A stretch of DNA of 64,000 bases. It comes from Macrostomum lignano. Lineage: Eukaryota. The stretch covers positions 1 through 64,000 of the forward strand of contig NIVC01003989.1 in assembly GCA_002269645.1 (NCBI GenBank), given 5' to 3'. The position numbers were made by a program, and so were the translations under genes. Positions 1 through 11,200 of this stretch are shown one piece after another (position 1 is the first letter of the stretch; each line of letters starts with the position of its first letter). The notes beneath the pieces were generated by a model. It saw nothing but the letters and a program-made list of their open reading frames with translations, was not told the origin of the DNA and did not search any database.

Positions 1-234
1 CTAGCATTATTACAATGCATTTCAAGTCGAAAAGTTTGCTTGACCTTTGCAAAAAAGCATGTTTTTCGAATATTTAATCGCTTTAACATGGAGCAATTTC
101 TTAGCCAAGATGCATGTACGCGTCACGGGAAAATTTCTGATCGAATAGTGCAAGTTCGAAGAAAATCGGTCCAGCCATTTTTTCTCTAATCGATTGCGTA
201 CAACAAGCAAGATTTTCATTTTTAGTATATAGGA
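1..234 (-). mobile_element. 5' terminal part of a Helitron running off the left edge of the window
   Basis: Minus strand starts TCCTATATACTAAAAATG at 234. The subterminal sequence matches those at about 14230-14600, 21760-22253 and 38630-39120. Confidence 0.8.
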
Positions 235-375
235 CTAGCAATCTTCGCCCCCGTTGGGGGACATCTGTATAGAATCTCTGTTCTCTACAAGTATCAAAAG
301 ATAGCGAAATATAGCCTTCACAAAGAAAACAGACAAAATACTCAAAGAAGTGCAATGCAAAAAGAAATCATCGCA

Positions 376-480
376 AGACAGCAAGCATCCCCCACATAGC
401 AAGCATCCCCCAGATTGCAAGCATCCCCCGAATAGCAAGCATCCCCCAGATAGCAAGCATCCCCAGATAGCAAGAATAAG
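376..480. repeat. About 19-20 bp minisatellite (CCCCAGATAGCAAGCATC) in the Helitron 3' subterminal region
   Basis: Tandem units visible. The same unit recurs at 14745-14975 and 39290-40040, always a few hundred bp inside a CTAG end. Confidence 0.85.
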
Positions 481-1875
481 CCGAATAAGCAAGGGACAAA
501 TTGAAACGGTTTTCCTAAATTTTCCTATTGTTACATATTAAATATCGTTTGTACTCACAAAAGTATTGCTATTATCTCTGCGATTCTTGGTTGCTATTAT
601 CTCTTTGTGATTTTTATTAGAATTATATAGCATAAAAATTACACATTTCATGCACATTTGTACAAAGCAATGTAACATCCGTAAGAATGCAGTATTAGTA
701 TTTAAACAAAGATAAATAGACTTGCCACACAGAAAGTAAGGTTTATCTGTGAAGAAATAAAAATGATAAGTTAAGGCATTTTTAAACAGTAACCTAGAGA
801 TTAGTCATTTTTTACATACACATTGGTTGATGACAACTCGCACTGAAATTAATTTGAGCCGAAAATTGTTGTTTTTATAATAATGCCCTACTATGACCAT
901 ACATACAGAATAAACTGCATGACGCGTACTAAAACGAACAATATTACGCCTGTTTTATCTGTTTTAAGGACCACTGCAGTGGTCCTTAAAACAGATTTTA
1001 TGAAAAGTTACAATGGCAAGAACAAATAGATGTTGCTTCTTGAATCTTGATTTAATACATATACATAAAAATCTTCAAAGTGTCTTTCACTTTACATATC
1101 AAATCTCCATTTTAAGTCAATTTAATAATTGATAAGCCTAGTAGCTAAATTCAGTGGTGACTGCAAATCGTACGAAAACTGATATCAGTAATGAAGGACT
1201 TAAAAGGGCCTCGATTATTTCTCACTGTTGACTGTTATCTTTTATTGGTTTTATAATTTCAAAAATGTGCAGCAGCAAAAGAATATTAATTGGTGTATTT
1301 TTATGGGAATATTATCCATTCAACAGCTCAATTTGACTTTATTGAATACATACTCATATCAACTATGCTGCTTTACTAATACATTGTTAAACAGTACCAC
1401 CAAAATGTTGAATTCGTCCATTTTCTCTGTCCTTATTTGATTGATTAGTCTACTTATAGATTATATTTTCCATAAAAAATACATACACCAAAATTTAAAG
1501 TCTTTATGCGATAATTAAGCTATCGCAGTCCATTCCTGCCAATACCAATAAAAGTGACTTCCAAAGTTATTACTTATTAGTAGTGTCCGAATCAGAATAA
1601 ACTATTAACACAAAAAATGCATGAGAAACAAAAAGTAAATTTCGGCAGTTTTGGCCAATAAATAAATAGAATTCTTGTGAACGAAGGCCGAAATGAAGAG
1701 TGAATTTCGTTAAATTACATTCACCAACAAGACAACTCCGAAATTTAGCACAATATTTCTTTGCACACATGCCTTGTATGATGTTCTTGCAAAAGGCTTA
1801 CCAACAAGATAGCCCATTGCACAATTTATATACATTTAATTATTTTTGTGATTTATTATATTTAATTATCTGTTT

Positions 1876-2005
1876 TGACATGTTTATGTTTGACGCGGTG
1901 GCTGTTTTATGTACGACATGGTGGCTCTTTAGTGTTTGACATGGCGGCTCTTTTATGTTTTGCATGGTGCCTCTTTAATGTATGACATTGTGGCTCCTTT
2001 TGTTT
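1876..2005. repeat. About 5 degenerate copies of the 23-bp unit that forms the large satellite at 15050-21640
   Basis: Units resembling ATGTTTGACATGGTGGCTCTT. Confidence 0.75.
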
Positions 2006-2294
2006 GACGAACCAAAAAAACCAAAAGACTCGTTATTAAAACGGATTTATCATAAGACAAAGAGCCTCTTTGCAGCAAAAATGATTAGCTACTTTACTTA
2101 AATTTGCCTGGTGCTTCTAACTAAGCATTTTAGTCGTAGTTTAACTTACTTAATCACTTAATCAAATTTTTATTTATTTTTTAATCAATTTTTTACTTAA
2201 TCAAATACTTAACCTAGTTAACAGCACAAATAGTTATAAATAGTCAAAATACAAATAGTCAAATAGTTAACAGCACAGAAATTAAAAAAATGAT

Positions 2295-2894
2295 TCATTC
2301 TTCAACGACAGTGCTGCGGCTGCGGCTGCGGCTGCGGCTGCGGCGGCGAGGTAGGTCTCTGCATTCTGCCGCGATGTGGCCGCGCCGCAGGCAGAATCTG
2401 CAGAGTCCAACTGTGAAAAGAAAGCGATTAGATTTGTCAATATTAGTTTTGACGTATATTCACTTCACACGAAATGAGTGGTCAAACGAAAACTGATTTA
2501 GTCAAAACTACCCCTCTAAACAAACTCGTAATACAATTAACTTACGTGCGCGCATTTCGTCTCTCACAAATCGAGTTCTCGCCGAGCGCGAGAACAGCTG
2601 CAGTTGATGCTGCTGCTGTTGCTGTTGCTGTTGCGATTGTTGTTGTTGCTGTTGTTGTTGTTGCAGTTGTTGTTGCTGCTGTTGTTGTTGCTGCTCCTCT
2701 TGCTGTTGCTGCTGTTGCTGCATCGGCCAGGGTGCCGGTGGGAGAATGGGGGGTGGGTATGGGTTGGGATAGGGCATCCCAGTAGATGGGGGGGGATAAA
2801 ATACACCAGGAAATGGATAGGGATAGGGATAGGGATAGGGATACGGATAGGGATTGGGATAACTTAGGTAGGGATTACTTAGGTACGGATTCAT
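2295..2894 (-). CDS. ZK1: two-exon Pro/Tyr-rich + polyQ + CCHC zinc knuckle + RS-repeat protein (about 154 aa)
   Basis: Exon 1 2894-2546 ends GCAC|GTAAGT; exon 2 2410-2295 follows TTTCTTTTCACAG. The phase-1 splice joins in frame to give ...DEMRAL-GLCRFCLRRGHIAAECRDLPRRRSRSRSRSRSTVVEE*, a canonical CX2CX4HX4C. Confidence 0.8.
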
Positions 2895-3811
2895 AGTACT
2901 GGAAAAAAGACTGGCGTGGGCTTTTAAACTTATTTTTTATTTTGTTCGGGCGTATAGTGAAATTGTTAAGAACAGAGTTGGTTATATATACTATAGTGTA
3001 CAGTGGCCAAAACCAGATAATGGCTGGCTGATCCACCACCCCAAATTTGCTGTTTTTTCACCCCCAAATCTCTAGTTATCTCTAGCACTGATTGGCTCAC
3101 CCTGTCGGCTTTTGATTCCTGAGTTATTTCTAACCAATCACCTAACTCCCCAGCCCAGCCTAATAAGCCTATATTTTGTTTTCAGTGGACAATGAGGGTG
3201 AGACATCATACTTTAATCACCTCATTATTGATTTTATCTGGAGTCTCTCTACCTCTGTCGTGAAAATTTAGCTACAAAATGCACTTTTAAGTTTAAGTGT
3301 AAGTTTCAGTTTTGTTTTGTAAAAAATAACAAAAGTATTTGTTATTATATCTGTTAGTATTTGTTCTTGTAGTCCAAAAAATCAATAACTTTCCGCGGCA
3401 CGCGTAAACAGCCCAAATAAAGTAATTGCATGAAAAAAGTCTCAGCGATCCAGTTCGACCCAGCGGAGGGGTTGGCGCTGACTGCAGCCCCCAATCGACC
3501 CCAGCCTAAACCAGCGGACCAATCAGAGGCCACCAAAATTATAAAGGTGGCTAAAATTTACAAACAGGGGTGACTAAAAAATGAATAGAGTGGACGGTAA
3601 GAAAAAGGCTATAACAGAAAGTCGAGATGCTGACCAATCAGACGGCAGCGAGAAAATATTGAGAGTTGTTTTGGTACGAAGGGGTGGCTGCAGGGCTGCA
3701 ATATATAATAAAAACAAACTGCAAATGCAGTAAACTTTTCGCCTCAACTGTTTCAAGTCAAGCATCACTTTTATCTACTTTTAACTTAGATTCTTTAAGT
3801 AACGAAGAGAA
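2895..3811. promoter_or_regulatory. Putative bidirectional promoter between ZK1 and RPA-like-1
   Basis: Head-to-head genes, with several CCAAT/ATTGG boxes (about 3090, 3134, 3519, 3633). Confidence 0.5.
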
Positions 3812-5455
3812 ATGGAATCAAACCCTACGCCAGCCCAGAAGGTCAAATTCAGCATCTCTGCTCTTCTGCCCGGCTTGATGGATTCACCGGTCGTTGGTCT
3901 GATAACGAGACTGACAAAAATCCACGCCTACGAGAACAACAAAGCTGGATCAGGCCAAGTGTTCTCCTTCACTTTGACTGACGAGACTGCAGACATCAGA
4001 GTGAGCGTTTTTGGCAAGGACCTGAAGTCATTGCTGGAAATGTGCCAAACGGTCGAGACAGTGCGCATTTCTGGAGGCTGGATCAAAAAGGCTGACCCAA
4101 GGTACAACACTACGGAAAACGAGTATGAGATGAGCGTCTCAGTTGACAAAAGCGGCACCATCATGACTTCAAACGAGACGGTCAACAGGCGTTCCCGGGA
4201 CTACAGGAGGATATCGGAAATTTCTGCATGCCAAATGAAAACGTAAATATCTTGCACTTTATGCCTTTATTTTTTTTTATACATTTTCCTCGTGCTTTGC
4301 TTTACTTTAGGGTTAGGGTTAGGGTTAAGCTAGGGTTACGGTTAGAGTTAGGCTGAGGTTAGGGTTAAAAGCTTGACCGATTTTTTAAGATTTCAAGGCT
4401 TAATGGGGAGGGGGCATCGATGAGATGTCAAGGGGGGGAATTGATATGCTAAGGCTTGTGGGGGAATTGCTAACATGCCAAGGCTTACAAGGGACTGCTG
4501 AGGTATTGCAAAGAGACGCTACATGTAGTTTATTAAAAAACTTGTAATGCATTTTTTGGCTGCCCAACGGGGGGCGCTGATTGCTAGTCATTCAGCTAAA
4601 TTTGCCCTACTCAAAAACTTTCACCGTACGACAGGAAAGTTGACGTTCGTGGCATCATTTCTGCAGTTGAGAAGCCAAAGGAAGTAAAAACTGGTGCCGG
4701 AAAGCTCGTCGATTTAGCAAAAGTTACCATCGTTGATCGGTCCGGGTCCTCTGTGTCCTGCACTTTTTGGGCCAGTTCTTCTGCGCAGGTGAATAATTGG
4801 TCTATCGGCGACATTCTCGCGATTCATGGCTCTCAAGTCCAAGAGTACGCCCAGATGATAAGCCTCGGCTGTTCGCAAGCAGAAGTGCATCACTGGCCAG
4901 AAAATTCGCAAGAGTTCTCCGACCTAACCGAGTGGTACAACGGCGCCACAGCTAGCCAGCAGCATTTCGAGGCTGTGCGAGCGACACAGATTCCACCACC
5001 TGAGCAGCAAGCATCACATGATGAAGAAATGACATTACACTACCCGAACGAATGTTTCACCAGTTTAACAACATGCGAAGAATAAGACTGCGTTTCGGAA
5101 GCAAAGAGGTTAGTTTATTTCGAAAATGTTTGTTCACTTTAGTTTAATCAAAGGCAGTTATTATTGTATACTTCTTATGAGTGTTCACTTCAATTTAATC
5201 AAAGACAGTTATAATTATATACTTTTCAAACCGAATCCCACTTCACAGGTAACATTTTCACGAGATTCGAACAGCTGGAATCAGCAGATGCCCACAGGCT
5301 CTACACCTAGGCCTCTGTACACGAGTGACATGTCTCAGCAGAACAGCTGGAATCAGCAGGTACCCACAGGCTCTACACCTAGAACTCCGTACACTGGTGA
5401 CTCGAGCACTCGAAATCAAGAATTTTTGACATCACCAGCAGAAGATGAAGACTAA
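3812..5455 (+). CDS. RPA70-like ssDNA-binding protein 1 (two OB folds), 3 exons, one 1-nt frameshift
   Basis: Exons 3812-4242, 4635-5108, 5249-5455. GQVFSFTLTDETADIRVSVF...KKADPRYNTTENEYEM resembles RPA70 DBD-A; VDVRGII...VTIVDRSGSSVSCTFW...LAIHG resembles DBD-B. Exon 2 is 474 nt versus 475 in the paralogue (frameshift near 5045). Confidence 0.8.
4307..4587 (+). mobile_element. Degenerate (TTAGGG)n tract followed by a Helitron 3'-end fragment, inside intron 1 of RPA-like-1
   Basis: TTAGGG units 4307-4367, then GAGATGTCAAGG-type repeats like those at 53080-53800, then a CCCAACGGG hairpin and CTAG|T at 4584-4587. Confidence 0.65.
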
Positions 5456-5464
5456 TTTTTTCTT

Positions 5465-5657
5465 TTTGAATTTCTTCAAACTGAATTCGAACAGATATCA
5501 ATCAGAAAATTTTTTCCTCAACCTCTATTTCTGTGCTGTTGTCTTTTAACTTTCGCAAATTTTGAATTTCTTCAAACTGAATTCGAACAGATATCAATCA
5601 GAACATTTTTTCCTCAACCTCTATTTCTGTGCTGTTGTCTTTTAACTTTCGCAAATT
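5465..5657. repeat. About 96-bp tandem duplication downstream of the RPA-like-1 stop codon
   Basis: TTTGAATTTCTTCAAACTGAATTCG...TTTCGCAAATT occurs twice. Confidence 0.8.
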
Positions 5658-6619
5658 TATGCCTCAAAATGCAACTAAAGATATATTTAAGATCTAAAAA
5701 TCCATTTTAAATTTGTAACTGTAGAAGGGCTTGAATAATATCACCTTTTTTACTTACAGTAGTAATAAGTAATAATCACGCAAAATTCGCTAGCAGTTTG
5801 ACAAGTTTGAATATTTTTATTTGCATCAATTTGCGACGGAGCCTACGTCTTAAATTCGATAAATAAAAATGATTTCCGGGAAAACTTTTACCCAAGGCGT
5901 AGGCTCTGAATATTTGTCTTTGTCTTTATTTTTCAACTGTTGTTAAACAGTCGGACAAAGGTTTATAGTAGAAGAAGATAATTTTTAAGATACAGGCTTT
6001 AACAGTATAATATTTAGATAATAAAATAATAAGTAATACTAAAAAGAGCAAGTTTTAAATTTCGAATGCAATACGATGCATTGAAACTTCTTATTAATTC
6101 AAAAAGATAAATGAACGAGTAAGAACCGCTGAGCGTAGGGGAAAAGAATAAAACGAAAGTTAGTGTTGTTTAGTAATAAACGAGTACAGTAATTTATTGA
6201 TTTACCAATTTAATAGTTAAACAATATTCAAGCAGCCACTATAATATTGTAATATTATGCAAATCATGTAACAGTAAAGCTCACTTTCTCAAGGAAATTT
6301 TCCGTTCGTCTCTCCTTCTCGCTCAGATTTTTAGTTTGGCTCTCTTTCGTTTGCACTTTTGCTTTTTCTTGGTTCTCCCTATTGTTATCGTTTCTCAGCC
6401 AGTTCAAGAACTCTTTCTCAGCTTTGCAATCATCATTTACTCTGCTTTCGCTGTGAATCCAGGGCGTCGCCAACAGAGGGGTCATCTTTCCCTAGTAAAA
6501 GCTATACGGCCTCACCACCCAACCATGTGACCCAATATTGAAATCAATAGTATTCCTTCGGCGAAAAATATAGTGCCTGCAATTCTGCCGCATTAATAAT
6601 GAAAACTAAGTACGTGTGG

Positions 6620-7260
6620 GACCAAAATGAGTTTCTGCGGCGCTACAAGTAGTGCCTGCGCTTAAACGAGTGCCTGCGGCGCTAAAATGAGTGCCAGCGC
6701 CTAAATGAGTGCCTGCGGCGCTAAAATGAGTGCCTGCGGCGCCTAAATGAGTGCCTGCGGCGCTAAAATGAGTGCCTGCGGCGCCTAAATGAGTGCCTGC
6801 GGCGCTAAAATGAGTGCCTGCGGCGCTAAAATGAGTGCCAGCGCCAAAATGAGTGCCTGCGGCGCTAAAATGAGTGCCTGCGGCGCTAAAATGAGTGCCT
6901 GCGGCGCTAAAATGAGTGCCTGCGGCGCTAAAATGAGTGCCAGCGCCAAAATGAGTGCCTGCGGCGCCTAAATGAGTGCCTGCGGGGCTAAAATGAGTGC
7001 CTGCGGTGCAAAAATGAGTGTCTGAGGCGCCAAAATAAGTGTCTGCGGTGCCAACATGAGTTTCTGTGGTGCCAAAATGAGTGTCTGAGGCGCCAAAATA
7101 AGTGTCTGCGGTGCCAACATGAGTTTCTGTGGTGCCAAAATGAGTGTCCGCCTGCGGTGCCAAAATAAGTGTCTGCCTGCGGCGCCAAAACGAGTGTCTG
7201 CGGTGCCAAAATGAGTTTCTGTGGTACCAAAATGAGTGTCTGCCGGCGACGCCAAAATAA
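6620..7260. repeat. 21-bp GC-rich minisatellite (GAGTGCCTGCGGCGCTAAAAT)
   Basis: Tandem units, degenerating toward the right. Confidence 0.9.
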
Positions 7261-8264
7261 GCGCCTTAAATGAATCCTTTGACCTTTCTGAAGTTTGCAA
7301 TTTTCATTTTCTGCAATTTTGCATTACTCCTTGACTCAGCTTTTGCAAAAATATTTTCTCAGCAATACTCCCATCTAACTCTAATTTTAAGTTAGATCTC
7401 TCGATCTCATATTTTTATTGGTCTCTTTCTTTCGCGCTAAAATTTTCTGTTCGGCTCTATTTCCTTAGCCTTTGCGCTTTGCCTCAGTCTATTCGTATTT
7501 ATTGTTTCGCCAAAGATTAAGAAATGAAGTAAGACAAAAGCTTCATTCAGGGCCTTCGCCTTAGTTAAAATTGACATCTTGCGAGTTTCGTATATTATTC
7601 AACTTTCAATATATGGAAGACGAAGGCCCCGTCGCAAGTTGATGCAAATCGTTTTTTATGAGCTTACAGTCCACAGTTGTTACAGGTGACTTGAGATATT
7701 TTGGATTTTTGAAAAAAGACTGTCAATCGTAGTTTGCGTAAAAATTCACTCTAAATGTTAAGTTTTTGCACACCTTGGAAAACTAAAAACAAAATTGTTT
7801 CGTCTTTTGCATAAATTTGCGATATAAAATAGGTAAAGTTAGTATTCGAATTATAATGAAATTTCAGGTGAAAAATAAAAGACAAATTAACTGCTCATCA
7901 AAGACTTAATTCATTCAAAGCAGTGCAAAAGAAGGTTTGTTTCAAAAGTTACTTTCGGCTAATATGAAATTGCCTTAAAATACAAATTAACTGTAAAATG
8001 ACTGTAAAAATTAATACAATGAATAAAATAAGCCTAATTGAGCTTCAACATTAAGTTCATCAGCTATTAGCTCGTACTCACTGCCATTGCAATATCTACG
8101 CTTCGTTAGAAATGAGGTTGGGGCAATAAGTTTCCTGCGATTCTTTTAGGAATGAGAGCTACCACTTTAGAGATATGGGGAAATAATTATTCTATTTTTC
8201 CTTAAAAATAAATGAATATACTTTCTAGCCTTTTGCATAAGGAAAATTATTGCTCACCCCATTT

Positions 8265-11200
8265 TCAGTCTCGCAAGCACCGGTCGACGGCCTCCAAATC
8301 CTTCCGGTTTGTCATAGAAATCTCGTCCCAGACAATTAGATGCACTGTCCGAAATACAGCGGCCTGTTTGGACTGCGCTCCAACAGCGCACACGTCTTTG
8401 CTCGAACGGATCGCCCGAATTGGTATCTTGAACCTGGCATAGACAAATAGTTTCAGCATGCCGAACATATTTACAGCACACGAAATATTTACAACTGCTT
8501 TTTGAAATATTAACAATAAATTACTCACGTTGAATGCGCCGTCTGTCCACCTGGCAAAAGAGTCGCTGCGATTCCAGAAGCCGCAACGGCGAGGGCGACT
8601 TCACCCCGGCTGCGCACGAAGGCTAGCAGAACCTCTAGCAGGAAGGTCTTGCCAGTGCCAGCAGGTGCGTCCAGGAAGTGCAAGCCGCTGGTGCCGTCCA
8701 CAAGATTCTGAGTCACGGACTCGTACACCGCTTTCTGCTCATCTGTCAGCATTGGTAAGCGCGCCTCAGTAATCAGTGCCTGCTCAACCGTATCAAACTG
8801 CATTGGTCCATCTTGAGGTGTCACGGAGGCCGCAGGCAGGCCGTACTCTGGCAGGCTTCTCCCGCCCATGGAGATCAGCATGCTCTGAAGCTCACGCAGC
8901 GCCAGGTCAGTAATCTCCTCGGTGCTCAAGTCTCGGTGGTGAAACCGCAGGTCCTCGCTGAGATCCTCGGCAAAACTGCACCAGAGGTCGCTGCCATCCT
9001 CAGGCTCACCCCATATGAGAATTACGGCCAGAAGATGTCTCAGGGCTCTTGGCATTCTTGACTGAACGGCCTCAGCTAGACACCGCCGCCAGTGATCATC
9101 TCGCTGCAGCAGGCCAAGGGCCATGCAAGCAGCCTTGGCGCTCGGATGCACAACGCCGTCCACGGTCTGCAGCGCCTCGAAGCTAGTCGGTCCCCTAACA
9201 TTCAAAAGGAGCATTCGAACATAAAATAAATCACCTGCTCTTGGACTCACCGTGTACATGCGTGCAACGTTTTTGTTCCGCACTACACCCGGATGGCCAT
9301 CGACTCGCACACCCTGCTTGGCCCGCCGCCACTCTCTTTCGCTGGAGTGCCACACGAAGTAGGACGGCACCTCCGTGTAGAGCAAGGACCCAGCAAATTC
9401 GTCAATACGGCACAGCTTGAAAAATGCCGTCAAAGTCGAATCCTTCGGCGTTCTCGCTTTTGCTCTTGCGGTCCCCTCGTTGAAATACACGAGCTGCTCT
9501 TCCGACTTGTGAACGCAGAGTCGGATGACCGCCGGAAACCTGTTGTGCACCTGATCAGAAAGTGAAAGGAAAATATACAGCCTTTAAGTTTCGATGGAAA
9601 TTCAATTTATACTATGACGAGGTTTCACAGCTCTGGTTAAAATGAGCCAATAATAATTAGAATGCGAATTACTTCAAAGCCCAAGATGGTATTCACGGCT
9701 TCCATTGGACCAATGTAGCGCGCGGACAGGTACTCCTTAATCTCATCACGCCGCGGCTCATTTCGTGTCGTTTGCGTCGGCTGCTGGTTACCCACTGCCT
9801 GCTCTCTCGGTTCAGTAGAATTCCTATTGGCATCGACTTTGAACGTCGCCATGTCGCCACCCTTTAACAGGTACTTGATCACGTACTTGACCGACTTCAC
9901 AGTGGCGCAAACTTCGACGTTCAAGTGGCACGCAAACTGGAGCAACAGGTCAGGGCTGTACGGAACGACCCACCTGTTTTAATGAAAAAATAATATCATT
10001 AACTTTCAGAAACAAAAGCTGCAATGCACAACTAAGCAATATATTAGCGTTTGAACTTCCCTGTTGTCCATGCGAATGCTCCGGCCTTTGAACAGTTTGT
10101 CCACTGTAAATCCGCCCATCTCAGGCGATAGTCTGCGGTACAGTGGGTAGCCAGTATCGCTGGTCAGCGTCACCTGCTGGAACTCTTTCGGAAAGCCCTT
10201 GCTGCATTCGCCATTCTCCATGCAAGGACACGCCGGATTCTCCTTGCCGCAGGGGCCATGGATCATGTGCGTCTTCACCAGCTCATACAGCACAGGCTGC
10301 TGCTCTGGGTCCGGAATCTCGGCAGACACGATGTCATCGTATCGGTCCGGAGTCACTCGCTGACCGCTCACGAGCCACAGCAGAAAGTGCACATGAGGAA
10401 GACCTGGAGCGTCAAAAAAAGTATTAAAAAATATCACAAAACCTTTGTAAATCTAAATTTCAATAAATCTTAAAACTTTGATTCTTGCAAGTCAGAATTT
10501 TTACTCACCACGCTTCTGGTACTCCAGTGAGCAAACGTGAGCGGCCTCTTTCCCATAGCGCTTGGTCAACTGGGCCAGCAGAGCTTTCTTCTTCATTTCA
10601 AAGACTCGGCTAACAATGTCGGGCCGGTCTTCTGCCCGCTGTCCAGGCAGAAGCTGAGCGCTGATCTCCGGCCATTTCGGATTGCACGTTGCGGTGACAA
10701 ACAGGTCCGGCTTACCGAACTTGTGAACATAGGTCATAGCGTCCTGTAGCCTCTCCATCAGGTACCTTGGCCCGCCAACGAAGCTCGAAGACAGAAGCAC
10801 ATGCGCGGGCTTGCCTATGTCACTCGGATCTCTGTCGGTAGACCTGCCATCAGCTGCAAACAGAGCGTCCCGCAGACCGCTGTACGTCTCGCTGCGCAGG
10901 TCCTGCTGATGGGTCCGCAAATACAGCAGCCTCTCTGCCTCAATCTTGGCACACATGTCCACCAAGTACTGCTGAAATAATCTTCGGCCATAGTGCAGCA
11001 CACTGAACTGGCCCGCTCGCACCATGATTTCGCTCGCATAGTATTTCATGGGCGTCAATTTCTTGCCATTACTCATCAGCAACTCCGGGTGCCAGCCATC
11101 TTCGCCATTCGGGAACAGCAGCACATACTCCAGCGGGTCGTATGAGCGGTGCGTCTCGCTGATTCTCTGGGAACCGCCTCCACGCAGTTGAATCACCACG

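Noticed and set aside
1-6. CTAG at the window start as a Helitron 3' end
   Set aside because: Part of the internal conserved TTCTCTAGCATT subterminal motif; no hairpin.
2474-2867. Poly-Leu, poly-Val/Ala and poly-Ser/Asn ORFs (also 28504-28754, 46220-46526)
   Set aside because: Alternative frames or strands of the CAG tracts; only the polyQ frame splices into a zinc knuckle.
6606-7300. 185-aa AAGTHFS-repeat ORF
   Set aside because: A 21-bp minisatellite open by chance; no unique coding flanks or splice context.
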